Made by a program: the position numbers and the translations under genes. Below the pieces are notes generated by a model, which saw nothing but the letters and a program-made list of their open reading frames with translations, was not told the DNA's origin and ran no database searches. DNA of 64,000 bases from Iphione sp. A-MEVVRFRX5 (lineage: Eukaryota), in the NCBI GenBank assembly GCA_976226885.1, contig OZ320314.1, positions 81,468,001 to 81,532,000 of the forward strand, given 5' to 3'. The stretch's first letter is position 1; each line of letters starts with the position of its first letter. Below are positions 49,653 through 63,710 of this stretch, piece by piece.

Positions 49653-52600
49653 AGCTTGGCCGGCCTGTGCCGCCAACGGCGGTGTTGGCTTCTCTGACCC
49701 TGCCCGTCAGGTCTATGCACTACAGCAGTTGCAGCAGGCGTAGCAGGTTTCCGTGACCTGGGAGACCTAGGGTACAGTTAGATTCAAGGGTCGAGCACTT
49801 GCGGTCAAAGAGCCAATATGTCTGTGTGCAACATGGCCTCCGCGAATGGTTCATCGGGGAACGCTTTAAGAGCAAGGATCAAGCCCTATGTCCTTCAGAA
49901 ATATGAGCATTGTGCTTATACAATACAAGTAGTCTCAAGTGGACCGTAGATGAAAGTGTCCACGGCTCAGAGGCATTGAAAGCTTAAATGTATGCGCAGC
50001 CCTCCCTAGTGCAGGAATATTTTGCTCTTTGTATTCCACCAGCGCGTTCTAATTCCGTCCATTTGAATAGGAAAGAAAGATGAACCGATAAGGCAACCAT
50101 TGAAGTCTATTCTAAGTTTCAGAACAGATAATGCTTCATACTATTCATTGCATGACGCATCAAGATTTATTCCTGAGAACTTCAAATAAAATATTCTACG
50201 CATAGATAATCCGATATGATATAAAGCAGACGATAATATATGTATATTCTGACACCTTCAATGATTTACGAAGAGGAGGAAAGCGGACTTGCGGTGGGTA
50301 GGGCGATGGAGTTCCATCATAGGGGTTTAATGGATAACAAGTAGTCTGGCTACACGGCTGAACCGTGGGACATGCACCACTCAGATGATGTCCATTGACC
50401 CGCCGGTCAAACATCCTCCCGTTCACCCGTGAGACCTTGGGTGATACCCACCACAAGTTCCACCTGCATAATGAATGCTGCCGCTAACGTCAAGGCTAAA
50501 ATGCCAGCGGCTAATAACAGCTAAACAATTGCATTCGTCGCAAATGTCGACTCCCGGTTGGTCTGACCAACCGGCCAGAGCAACCGGAGCACGTTCGACG
50601 GTTATGCGAGAAGGAGGTCGATTCTTTAGTAGCGTCGTCTGAAGCATTTTTCCCTTCCAGTATATAGGTATTTCTACTGGCTAGCCCAATTGAATATTGA
50701 ACAAGAGCATATGATATGTATGCATGTATGCAGTTGTCCCTGTCAAACCTTTCTATTCACTTTTACACATACGTTTAGGGAAAGCAGACACATTCAGCCT
50801 GGTAAGATGTAGGAGGAGGCATCGAAGCAAGTGTTATCGGGGGTGAGTCCGCATTCATCCCTGCAGTAGTCAGCTCGGATGCTGATGAATGGTCAGCCGG
50901 CGATATGTTACGTGTAAGCCCAAGGAGGCGGGCAGCGTCGGACGGCGCCTGGTCAAACAGATAAATCACCTGTCAACCTCGAAAGACGCTCAGCTTTTGA
51001 GCTGTAGACAGCAACAGCCCGAACATCGTAATTCTCTTCTTTTTCTCCCACTCCGTTTCCCTCCCCACACCCACCTTTCTGTCTTCCTCTTCCAATGTTT
51101 AGCTTTGCTTCTCCGTTTGCACCCCCTACAAACGACTCGCCGTTTTATTCTGTCGAAATACATGTGTAGCATTAATCCTAAGTTCTGCATTGCTAGCTCC
51201 TTATTGTCATGCGCCAATACTGCAGTCCAGGATGGCTTCTAGCACTGGGATTCGTGATATAGTGGCCGCGAATCTGCTGCGACAAACTGCAAAGCTGGTC
51301 AAATCTCCAATCTTGGGAGTTGCATACAATATAAGAAAAATGTATCAAATTTCAGTGCACAGGCATTGTACGTTGCGCTGCCTGTTACATTGAGTATGTC
51401 ATAAAATAGACATAATCGGGGAATTTAGGAATACATGTACATGTATACAGGTTATATTCAAGCCCACCGAACATAAATTGGCTCGATCCTGGTACTAGAT
51501 GAGGTATGTGTGGGGTATTTGGTGGCAAGCTACGGCGTGCGAACATTACATGTATTTACTGCGTTAAGTGGAGGTTGGATGTCACCGATATTGATGCGCA
51601 TACCAAGGGTAACCTTTTGAACCTAAATTACATAACTTGAAGCGGTTATACAGAGGCTGGTAAGAGGAATACTGAGGTCAAAACATGTGCAACTGTATAC
51701 ATTTCCACACCTATGGAATATAATTTTAAAGGCATTCTATTGTGTATATATGTACGTGCTTCCAAAGATAGAGTTGGCAAATATGACTAGAGAGCCGGTG
51801 GGAAAGTGGACCCCATGCAATTGCTCGTCGTTAAGAGAAACACAATGTCTTAAAGTTTGCAAACAACATTAGTGAACAATTAGTGCCCAGAACGGGTTAA
51901 ATTTATATTTCGCTCTTATTTCAGGACGTTAAAATTTGTCTCAACATCAACTCTGCACATCATCCAGCATAACACACTAGATGAAAATAAAACATATATC
52001 GTACAGCCAAGGAGTCTGATTGAATGAAAAACTGAGCTGTAATGGCAACGCACATTTTATGTAAAAGATGACCTTTCTTAGCGAATGGAGAGTTCAAGTG
52101 TTTTATCGAATGCTACCTACGGCTAATGAGGAATTATACACTATATGAAGTAGCAAAGTGCAAAAAACTTGTATAAAGTACATGTACATTGTATACAAAT
52201 GTAGGTAGCATCTCAGATGGATGGCAACATTCCTGTCACATACTGGTGCATCTTACTACCCCACAAACCCTGTCATATCTCATTGTAAGTCAAACATCAA
52301 CCCACGTGTAAATACTCCTGGGATGGACAATCCGCAGAATACTTGAAATAGCATCTGAATACATGTATTGGAATTTTGGATGAGAAAACATACCTTATGC
52401 CCTAAAGGGAATCTGGAATCTATATGGGAAAGATCACTGTACCGTATATTCTCCATAAACGCCTTGGTCGGTGTTGCAAGGCAACATAATATATATTTAT
52501 GTATAGGCCTATGTAAAGGCAAATCGCACTGTAATGATATGAGGAAAAACTACATTCATGGAAGTCCTGTGTAATACGTGTTTTTACGAAGCGTATCTGT

Positions 52601-54230
52601 TATGAAATAGGTAAATTTGATTTCTTAGAAATTATAAGAAGCAATAATTTCTAGTCTGCCGAATGGAGCAAAACACATGTGGTTCAATACCTTCGACAAA
52701 TGAATGGTCATTTTATAGTGAAATCCTACCAAATTAGAACGGTATGATATCACAAAGAGACATACTCAAAGCAGTGGACTTCTTCCAATCTAAACATTCT
52801 GCTTAAGGCTCTTACATTACAGGCTTTTACTCAGCGATTGCTTGGAGCGACTCGGCCTTTTGCATGCAATCCTACTATTGCCTCCCAGAGCCCCTCAGTG
52901 TTCCTATGATGTTGAAGCATTTAGCCGGCTCCCTGGCCTGTCCATTTAGGTTTCCACCAACGGCGGTTCACGGTATCTATGAGTAGAGGCACCACGGGTT
53001 TCGGCGTCCCACCTGCCACTGAGGTACACAATTATATACAGAGGTCAGGATCATGGACTCATTTCTGCATCGGGAGAAGGAAGAAGTAGCTGTGTATATG
53101 GTTGTTGTAAATGACGGCAGCTTTCGGGGTCTAAACAGGGTCCAAATAAATTTGCTGTAGTGAAGAAAACACACAACAGCACAACAGTTCCTGTCCTGTT
53201 GGATCGTACATCTAATACTATAGACGTGGACCCTTTCTTGTTGAAACATCAGACCTTGTAAAGAGTGCTTAGATCGATTTTCTTCGGTACATTACTGGAA
53301 GACAAGCCAATCTCCAGTTTACGTTGAAAAGTCCATTCCTTCCCTACCACAAGGACCCATTTCTACTAAATGTATAAGTATAAGATATCATGAGCGATTC
53401 GGTGTTCCATTCACTGTCTTTTAATACAGTGAAAACCATTTATTTTCCAAGAGGGCAGGAGAGCATATATACACGCACAGGAAAAGGAAAAGTGCCGGAG
53501 AAAAGTGAGCCTTTCGTTTGTGGCTTCGTGTTGATTCCATCGACCACATCAGCGCCCGCCTTTCCACCCATTACCCAGCAATGCTACTCACACGATATTC
53601 TGGATCATCTCACGTCATGGGATCACGTCAAGCTTTGATTGCACATGTCCATGTCGGGTTGGCACCATCCGATGCTGTCCGTTTGAATGTTCCATCTTTC
53701 TCTCCAAGGGGGGACCTTCTATACCAAGAACAAACTGCCAGTTAGCCCCTCCGACTGCCTATACACATACCTCGACCCAGTCTACCGAAACCAAAAGAGA
53801 GGGAGGGGGCCTAGAATGAGCAGCCCTGATCAGTATTAATCGATCTGCAGTATGCCAGACACACCGTGTTTTTTCTCCTCACTAAAGAAGTGTTTGCCAA
53901 TGATGAGTAGCGGCGCAGGGCTAACTGCACATCACTGCGTCCGGAACGAGTAGACCGGCTCGAGTAATGGGACGTAATTGCTACTTAGCGTAACGGACAA
54001 GAGATCCTCCACTGAAGGGGAGATGGGATCATGTAATAATAAGCGATCGGGCAGCGCAACCAACAAAAGGAAGAGGCACTTGATGTTTCATCTTCACGAA
54101 ACAAAAGGATTTAGCGGACATTCTGCCAGGGTGAGCGATAATGGATTAAAATGCACTTATCCCTAATTGTAGCTCTTTTGCTGACTAGAGACGGCTCGCA
54201 CGAATCTGCTCACCCTACTCTTGTACGGGT

Positions 54231-54244
54231 CCGCTAGATGGCGC
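54231..54244 (+). promoter_or_regulatory. CTCF-like motif (best match in window)
   Basis: CCGCTAGATGGCGC matches CCRSYAGRKGGCRS at all 14 positions; binding untested. Confidence 0.5.
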
Positions 54245-57025
54245 CCAGGCATGCCAACTGCCGCACACTTAGCCCAAAGAACATTTTAACCTTGATTGAA
54301 GGCGGGCCTCGCGAATTGCCTGGCCGGGCCGTTGATACAATAGAACCGCATTCTCACAAACTTTGTCACAATCAGTCTGACTAAAAGGGCACATTGAGTG
54401 AAGGAGGCCGTTTTTCTTATCTAGATCGGAATTATTACGCCTTGTATTCTAATCAGTCTTAAAATGTATTGTGATGAGACATTGGATAGACGTATGCTAG
54501 CTCAATAGTCATGCAATATTAAAAGTAGTGAAAACTGTTGTTCGAGTTCCCACAGGCCGCACGGCACCCTTTCAAGAATGCCTACCAGCAGCCGATGGGA
54601 AAGCATAAAACATTACTTTGCAGAAATTTTACACTCTCAAGTTTGGCATGGCTTAAACTTGCACACAAGCACACTCAGATATCATATATATTCTCCGTGT
54701 ACGTACGTATTACTATGCCAATATAAACCTCTGAATCAATAATGCTTGGCGTGTCAAGGCGCTTGGAACCAATCTCCCTGGTCATCATTCTGTTGGATTG
54801 TTTTGAGATACCGTAGCGTAGGCAAACGTCTTTGGATCCCGGCCATCATTGACCCGAAACAAAAAGCTAATTGCGTATCGTATTGATTACTCGAATACCT
54901 ACATGTAGTTAGAGGAAATGTACTTCAAAGAGGTTTCGACAAGGGCTTGCGTACACACATGTATGTTCATCAATACAAGAATACTGTACTGCAATCAATT
55001 ACAAACTAAAGTTTCTACTACAAGTAAGTATAGTGCCCTAGAGACGTTTCACTTTCACAATTATTTAAAGCAAAGTATAGAAAGATCGCCCTTGCCATCA
55101 TCAATGTGGGACACAGAGAGCTATGGAGCGCCATAAGGCAAAGGAAAAAAATATAAGAAGAAAGAGATGAACATGAAAAAGGAGACGCGGGAAGAGAAAC
55201 AGCCACACTTATCTAGGCCAACAGGAAAACAAGGGTTTGAAGTACATGTACATGTACATGGATGGACTATACAGGAAATGCAAACTTTTGTCTACTGTGA
55301 TGCAAACTATGTTGAAAAATATAAAAGCTACCAGGGTGAGGCTGTAAAACTCAACAAGTAGCCAGTCGTCAGCTCTCACGGCCTGACCGTTACATCCTTG
55401 GTTGGCAACCTCCCACGTGTACTAGCATGGCTCGCCTATGGGAGAGTCGAGCCGAACCAAAGTCGTCCAGTGCACTGGATGTCACGATAATCAGTCAAAT
55501 GCATTTTTCTCTCTACCCCACCCATTTTTTCAAAATTTGCGTAAATTATATCCATCAGTTCCCCGGAGCAGTTATCTTCCGTATTGAATTAGGTTCTATG
55601 ACTGTCATGGCCATGGTTTCCAAGATGGAGTGGTCCATTTACTGGGAAAAAATGTTAGCAAAACCATGGACTAGCCCATGGAGAGCTATGAATAAAGCAT
55701 TGCAACCATTAGCGACTTCATCATGTGCGTACTTTCACATGCTTGGAAGCATGGTCGATAAGAGTCCCTTGTCGAAAGCTAAGGCTAGACTTATTTAGAT
55801 CGCTAGTGGAGTGATATACGGCTAAAACTGTGGGAATGTTTCGCTCAATATTTGGATTCTGACCCAAGATAATGAATTTTAAACGTTATTTGAGAACTGT
55901 TTACAGACACGCATGACGGATTAAATGGCAATGGAATGAACGGCAGTTTACAGCACATGCATATTACTGGTTATAGTATCACTGGTATTGTGGAAGCGTG
56001 AAAATACACCAGTGTAACCTTTCTCTAAAAATCACTACAGACTGCCTTTTCTAGAAGCTTTAGGCCAGTATTACATTTCAAGGCAATTTTGGCGTGTGTG
56101 AGTGCGCGTTTGTGTGTGAAGCATATGCAAAAGTCTGCTGTTTTAACACTTGTCCCTGGACATTCCAGGAAGGGGTGATTCCAAGTAGGCGTACACTGTG
56201 TCTGCGTATCTTTCTCTTTCTTGGTCTTTCCCTCTTTCTCTCTTTCTATATCTCATACAAATCCCATGGAAATGATGTAAAATCTGTGTCAATTGTGAGT
56301 TTTTGTGCAGACCTCTTGGAAATCATGCTCCATCTACATAAATTATGCAGTTTTTGTGCAGAAGTGTGGGAATTTGAGCTGCTTTAACTTATCTTGGTAC
56401 ATGCCTATGTAGTCTTGTGCATTCCTATTCACCAGTGCACTGCTTTTATTTGCTACTGTTGCAAGTGGGTACATGTGGGTATATTAATGGACATGCTCGT
56501 TTCAGACTTTGCATAAATGGACAGAGATTCATGCACCAGACACGTGGAATAAGCACAATTCATTCTCATAATAAAAAACATCCTCGCACACAGCCTCTAT
56601 ATACAGACATATCAGGGTGTATGAGATAAGGCCCTTAGACTCCTAACAGCAGAAGCGACCTAGTATACCTCTTAGGTCTCCTTTAACTCTAGCTTAGCCT
56701 TTTTAGTCACATGAACTTCTCCACAACCCGTCTGTAGTCTGATGAAGTCTGCCCTTGGTCGATTCAATAGACAGCTGTCTCCCACTTGGCTATTCTAAAG
56801 GACCTCGAGCAAAGTCACCTGGAGTGCCAGAACCGTGTGAACACATAAAGTCTTTACATTTTGCAAAATGCTATCAAACAATATTATAATCAAATAAGTT
56901 CACAATATTATAACAACGTACATATACTGAAAATGTACCTAGGAGGTTTCACAAAACATTTTGTAAAGTGTTCTGTATTTATCAAGGTCAGTATATGACG
57001 ACTTTTGGAATGCTCTAAACAAAGA

Positions 57026-57085
57026 GTCAAGATGGCCCAGTGGGACAGGCGTCAGACTTTGACACATTGTTGGGTTCGGAAAAAC
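57026..57085 (+). pseudogene. Decayed tRNA-Leu-like sequence (tRNA pseudogene or SINE head)
   Basis: GTCAAGATGGCCCAGTGG resembles the eukaryotic tRNA-Leu 5' end GTCAGGATGGCCGAGTGG (16/18, recalled consensus), then AGGCGTCAGACT and a partial B-box GGGTTCG; the 3' acceptor strand is missing. Confidence 0.5.
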
Positions 57086-57154
57086 AGGGAATAAGGGTTA
57101 AGATCCAATGGCAGAAGGCTTAATCAAGTGAAATGGGAGACATGACAAAGTTTC

Positions 57155-57410
57155 CGTAATTCATGCTGAAAAACAGTACAAAACAACAATATTCATACAA
57201 AGCCAGCAAAAACATGGTGCAATTCATGTAATACCATCTGAAAAATGGTGAAATTCATGCGATGAACATGGCAAAACATGGCAAGATGCATGTGATTTTT
57301 GCGGAAAATGGCTGTAAATATGTAAAAATGTGTGGTATTGTGCGGAAATATGTTCTATTTTGCATGAAAACATGGCCAACAACACTCTTTTATCATCACT
57401 TTTCTACTTC
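57155..57410. repeat. Degenerate AT-rich dispersed repeat family, probable copy 3
   Basis: Repeated AATTCATG and AAAACATGG units, e.g. AATTCATGCTGAAAAACAGTACAAAA. Confidence 0.4.
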
Positions 57411-60400
57411 TCTCAAAAACATTGCCATGTTGCCATGAAAATTGGAATGCCCCATTCTGAAAACACGTACACACACCAATGAAAACATACCACACCCCCC
57501 ATGCTTCCATGGACACATGCATGTATATTCATGCATTCCAAAAAACATATTGAAATGATGTTTACATGCTCATAAAACATGTGCACATGGAAACCCAGCC
57601 TAACCTGGGATCTGAAGTAATTTCTGGAAGATGCATCTCTCACAGTATTTTCTATTCGGATATGATGGGAGGGATATCATTTGCCTGCCTATCACCGTAT
57701 CTAAAGTCCTATGCTCCTCAAGGATTATCCAGTCTCCTGTCCTTATGGAAAGGGTAGGGGGTAGAATCCCATTAACGTTTCATATAAGAAATCCATCTCC
57801 CAAATTGAATTTCTCGTGAAATTTCCATACATGTCTCTTACTAATAGACACCTAAGCGCAATCTGACATATACATGTGTGCTTTTTGTCGAAAAAATCCG
57901 GTTGCAAATTGACATTACACCTGGTCGGACTGGTACGTGTGCTGTACTGTTGCCTCGTTTCACATCTGAAGTACAATTTCAAGTGATGCAGATGTTTGTT
58001 AAAATACAGGTAAGCTGCATTCGCTTATCAAATTACCTTAATGCATGGAAATTGAGGGGCACTAATCTAATGTAGAATGCAGGAGGTGAAGGTAAACACC
58101 AGCGTATGCACCATGTACGCAGGGACTCGAGGTTGATGTGTGGAGGGGACGCATTCTCTTCGCTCATTTGCCCCTACGCTTGAATGGTACTAAAATACCG
58201 GTCAAGCGTTGTTTGCTGTAGGCGTGCAGATTGCAGTTAGGTGGCGCGTCAGAAGGTGGCACTGGGCAGCCCATCGGCCCAAGTTTCCAGGAGGAAGCAC
58301 AGACCGACCGGACGAGGCGCCCATTGTCTGAGAGTGTTGGGCCTCTGCTTGCTAACAAGATGAATCTTCGTCGTCAAAGTCACCCTTTACCATTGCCGGG
58401 CAGTGCTGGGCAGGGACATTACGCTGAATTACAAAGCCTCTAATGCAATCTGCTGCACTTTACTAGAGTTTGTAGTCGTCCCACCCGCGTCCTATTAGCT
58501 TGTTACTAGCGGATAGGGAAGACGTCGATGGTGTAACGCCGCCTCCACGCGACATGGCGCTGTCGTGGTAGTAAGCGGCACAAGGACAAAGGTTGACAGC
58601 ACGTTGCTCAAATCTGACAATTCTCATTCTGCTGACATCCAGGTCGGTGCCTCCTGTTGTGGCTGAGCCCAGCGGGGGACTTAGGCCACTTAATGCTGAC
58701 CATCTCAAACCTGCCATTATTTCATCAAATCAATGAAAGGCCCCTTTCCATCTGGGGACATTCACTGACTCACCCCCTTCGACCCCATGGCAACAACCGA
58801 CCCAGCTCGGCATTATTCCGTGCAGCCAGGTATTATCATAGCTCTATAATTACATGACCGGCGGGACACTCTCATGGGTAGGTGCTACGCGAAGGGAAAA
58901 AAAGCGTCAATTTCCTGTTCCTTTTTAAAAAGCCCGTGTCCTGCATCCCAGTTTGTTTTTATGGATTTTCGGTGGGTGCAGAGCCTTTCTCTACTCGTAA
59001 ACAGTACGCCTCGTATATCCAGCCTCTGGTCAGTCAAAGCGACTGATGTCTACGACTGTGCAGAGGTAGCAAAGGAAATATAAAAGCCTTCCAAGCTGAC
59101 ACCAGACCCATTTGACAGGCCCGCTCCTGCGGCGTGTATAAACGTTGCTGCTACTGTGAAACTTCATCCTGTGGCTTCGGGTGCCATCTGAGTGCATGCC
59201 CGCCATTGGAGGACATATAGAGAGTCCGTGATACAAGTTGCCCAGCTCACTCCAGGAGGCGGCTCGGCATCGAATGGGGAGGGGCCATGTGCACTGTGCG
59301 GAGGCTGCTAAAAATCGTGCTGGGCGAGTGTCATTAAAGAGATAACATAAATATGAGCACTGGTTCCTGTAGATAAATCAAGCCGCAAAGCACTGTTTTG
59401 TTAAGAAATCGCTATCTGTGTTTGGCCATCACGCCAAATCGTCCGTTCATCGACTTGTCTCAATAACCAGTAGATGCGAGCTTTCCTTCACATTACACTG
59501 TGGATTCGTTTGGGTGGACACGTTGAAGGAGAATGATGTAAAGATAGTAATAGGCACGGAAAGGAGACGCTGGAATTGTAGCGGGAATGAGAAACCATGT
59601 GGATAGGTAGAAAATACATGTTTACACAGAGGTCGTACATGGGAGGGGCAAAGAAACAGGAATTAACAGGGTTGAATAGCATTTAAGAAAAGGAGAGGAA
59701 AAGAAAAGCAAGATAGAGGCTCTTTATGGGGGAGAAAGAAAAGGAAAGACAAGAAAGAGAGTCAGAAGAGAGAGAAAGACAGCCATAAAGAAGGATCGTG
59801 CAGGGCTGTGTAGAATACAAGGGGTGTTTACATTGCCTGAGGGAATGGGTCGGTGCAGGCTACTCGAACTAATGGCATAATGAACCGCTACGAACCAATC
59901 ATGACACCGTCCTCCGTGCGGCAAAGCGTCCCTCCCCGAGAATGGCGAATTTACCGCTTTTCGTTCCCGGCCACAGTTATCTAGAAGAATGCAGCTAGAT
60001 TTACTTCATCACAAAAACGTCCGTCTGTCATCTGCTCCCTTATTGTTGAGAAAAAATAATAGATTTGTTTTTGACGTCCAAACGTAGTGAATTGTAATCT
60101 GAATGTGCACTGACTTTCAGGATATAAAAAGTATGATAGCTGTAAAAGTTATTACATGTTGTTTCTTGAGGAACGAAGGTACTAGAAATGAAAACTGTGT
60201 TCCATCACAAATATTGTTTCAACACTATGGGTTTCTTTGAAACAAATTAGTGTGAATGCCCTTATGGCAGAGATATGAATCACGCTGATGGCGATGTTTC
60301 CGATACAATTAGAACTGTTTTATATAAAGGACCCAACTTTTCCCATGGTTATTTGATTAACCTAAAAAGGGAGAAAGTGTCAAGTGGAAAGAAACTATTT

Positions 60401-62842
60401 CGTTAGTTGTGAAAACACTGATTCCTCAAATCAGTGGTCCCGAACGTGGGCGACCAATTTCGTTTTGACGAATGCTTTCTCGCAAAAAGACTGTCAGGAA
60501 AAAATAAATGTTCTCTGGGGAGGATTTTGTCACAGAACTATCTTGTTCGGGCACAACTTTGTCTGTCCAGCGTGTACTACAGGTCTATGAGGACTTGAAG
60601 TGATTTAATTTCCGGTGTATGATGGATCGGTTAGCTCTGAGGATCGTAGTTGAGATGTGGCAAAGTGTTGTTGGTGGCCATATACTCCGCTGGAATATGC
60701 ACGCTAGATTTGAGATTATGGCGGCAATTCATATAAGCCGTATTCAAGGAACAGGAAAAAAATATGTATCGCTGTTTGTGATCAAGTGATGGTCTGAATA
60801 CTATTTGTGCCACACTTCATCATCTTTTCAAGATTTGTAAGGGACTAGCGCTTATAAACGAGTTGCCGTATTGGTATGAAATGCTTGCCGAATTTCTGCG
60901 TTCACTTTCGTATGCTCGCTATAAATGAAGCAAAGGTTTGCATGCTAAAAAGCGCGATAGATCATCGGACATTTGGTAAAACGGGTCTTTATTTCACGGC
61001 TAGGCTTTGTAAATGTACATTGTCCTCGATGCATCAATGCAGTAAATTGTGCTCGATGTTTCGGCAGCATATAGACCAGCACGGTAAAATGGGGCTTAGA
61101 GCATAAAGTTTATCATGAAAAAGAGTTAGCCAGCATTCTGTCCTTATTAGACGGGAACAGCGGACTGGATTTAACTAAAACTGGACCATAAACTGCAACG
61201 GCAGACCCGCGATTGAAGTGTATACCTTTCATTGAGATACATCACGGCAGAGCCGCAGAATCCTTCTGAATAGACGATTGACAAGGTGAACTACACATAA
61301 ACAGTGGCTAATGTCGTAATTGCACGATTTCAGTATAAAAAAGGGAGGTCGCCGACGGCAAAATGGACGGCGTTCAGATTGAAACATTGGCAGTCTTTTC
61401 TCACAGCCGACCTTTAATGGTTGAAGATATACCGTACACAATGGAGGCGTTATTCCCATCATAACTGCCTAATTAAGACCCCCATATATGCTTTAGTTAT
61501 GCCCTCATCCAGACTGTGATTGTCGCGCTGCGATTTGGCCCAACATTTACACAGAATGGAGTAAGATGAACAGAACGATTTTTTTTCAAGATTCTATCGC
61601 CTTTCCATATGTTATGGGCTGCTTTGAGTACCGAAAGATTCTTGTCAGCTGCGTCCTCTCAACTAAATCATGTGCTGAGGGCAGGAAACCAGGCAGTCTG
61701 TAAATCATTGAATGGCGCATGCCGGATTTAAAGAAAACGTTTATTCAACGTGCAGGCGAGCAGTACATTGGATACTCTATTAAAATCACTCTCTATCAGA
61801 TTTCAAACATACCTTACTTTTGAAAGAAAAAAGGAGTCATTGAACAGTAAACACGAGCATCTGATATCACCTGGTTCTTGGGCTGTTTGTTGAACTGCCT
61901 CATTGACCTTTACACTTGCTGAAATTTTCAGACTTTCTTTTCTTCAGGACAAACATTTGGGGGGAAACTGCATATGTGCGCCTACTTACGCGCATTCTTT
62001 CGCGGTGACGGATGCCCTGGCTTCCAACAAGATGGCAAGATCGTTTCCTTCGCACCTTCAGGAGCGTGTAATGAAGACACATCACTTCTTCATGGCCTCG
62101 ACGCCTACCTGTCCATCAATAAATCCTCAACGACCTCTGTCATCGATGACTAGTGGGGGGAGAATGGTCATTCCCCTCAATTCCCTACTCAGGCTGGACC
62201 AGAGAGGGCTGCATGGACAATGTCTCCTGACGTTTTTAGCCACGCCGAGAGCCCGGTCTGCTGTCAACAAATTGCCATTTTCGAGTCTTGAGTGGATTAT
62301 TTGCAAACCAGCGCGGCCCCTTTCAAGGGCTACAGTGAATGATTCTAGTAGAGGTGGTTAGGGTTCATCCCCTCGCTCCTTTTATGTGACACGGCCTTCA
62401 CCTTTCGGCTAGTACAGCTCATAACAAGTGGGCTGCAGGTGGGCCGTGAAGCAGGAGAAACAGGAGAAAAGAGCGCAGTTACGAGTAGGGCTCTTAGGCA
62501 ACATGTGCTCAACATGCTCAATAGCCAGGGCTGGGGTGATTACCAGGGTAGTGCCATTGACGATGATGAATACAAAGCCAGAAATAAGCAGCGGTCGCGA
62601 GAGTCCGCCATTACCCGCTGCTCCCAAGCAGTCCCTTCTGTCACTACTAGCCCTTACTCCCGCTCACCTTCCTACATTCTGAAGCCGGTCATTAGACCAT
62701 TGAATCGCAGCGTTAGCCAGCGCCTGGGCTCAATCCAATGTAAGCAGGAAGATGGACAGCCCAACGCCTGACAGCCACGCCTGGTATGCTAAGAGCAGCC
62801 AATGATGAACACCATTGCTCACAGTTAGATCACTGCCGGCCC

Positions 62843-62892
<50 letters not shown>
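62843..62892 (+). repeat. (CT)n microsatellite, one interruption
   Basis: Direct reading of sequence. Confidence 0.95.
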
Positions 62893-62895
<3 letters not shown>

Positions 62896-63710
62896 ACCAC
62901 CGCCGCCGTCTGACATATTTTTATTCTATCTTGTTATTTTCTCGCCTGGGAATTTTGCACCGCGGCCACTTTTAGGGCGTCCCACATGGAACGCGTGCAC
63001 AAAAGCAGTGCTTGCCTCTGCTAGCTGGGCAAAACTGTGATTGCTCCTCAGTAAAAAAACGGCGTAATAACGTCAGAAAGGAGGGAGTAGGTGTCGCCAC
63101 CCAGACAGGCAGGGTTGCGAGCGGGGAAGGGAGGTGCACGAGGACATGGATTTGTGTGTGTGTGTGGGGGGGGGGGATGTGGGGCGGTCGCCAACACTAC
63201 CAAATGTAATCACAGTGCAAGGCCGTTTTCTTTCTGCGCGGCGATAATTCAGAGACAATGTCCAAAATGAGGTCCGTCGCCGCGCTCGCGTTTTCATCAC
63301 CATTGACACTTTTCGCGCAGAATGTCACATCCGGTTGAGGTCTGGACTTCATGCAGGTGGAATTGGGGTGGTAGTGACGCATATGGCGTGTAGAAGGTGT
63401 ACATCAATGGGCTGGATCTGTTTCCTCCATCTGTAGTATCACTGTGTACGCCTGCAGCCACAAATGGTAGATTTACGCAGGACGTTACTCCTAAGGGCAA
63501 CAAAAGGCAGGCGCAGAAGAAGGAAAAGGAGCCGAACGAAGCAAATATACAAGTCTATATTTCCCATTAAATACTCAGTGCGCGGGGGCATGGTGTTCTA
63601 TATATGAAAGGCGGCAGTAACGGAATATGGATGACACTATTAACCAGCGGAACAAGGAGGTATGCCTTTCATCTGGGTATATCTTCATTGCATATGCATC
63701 TATGAATATC

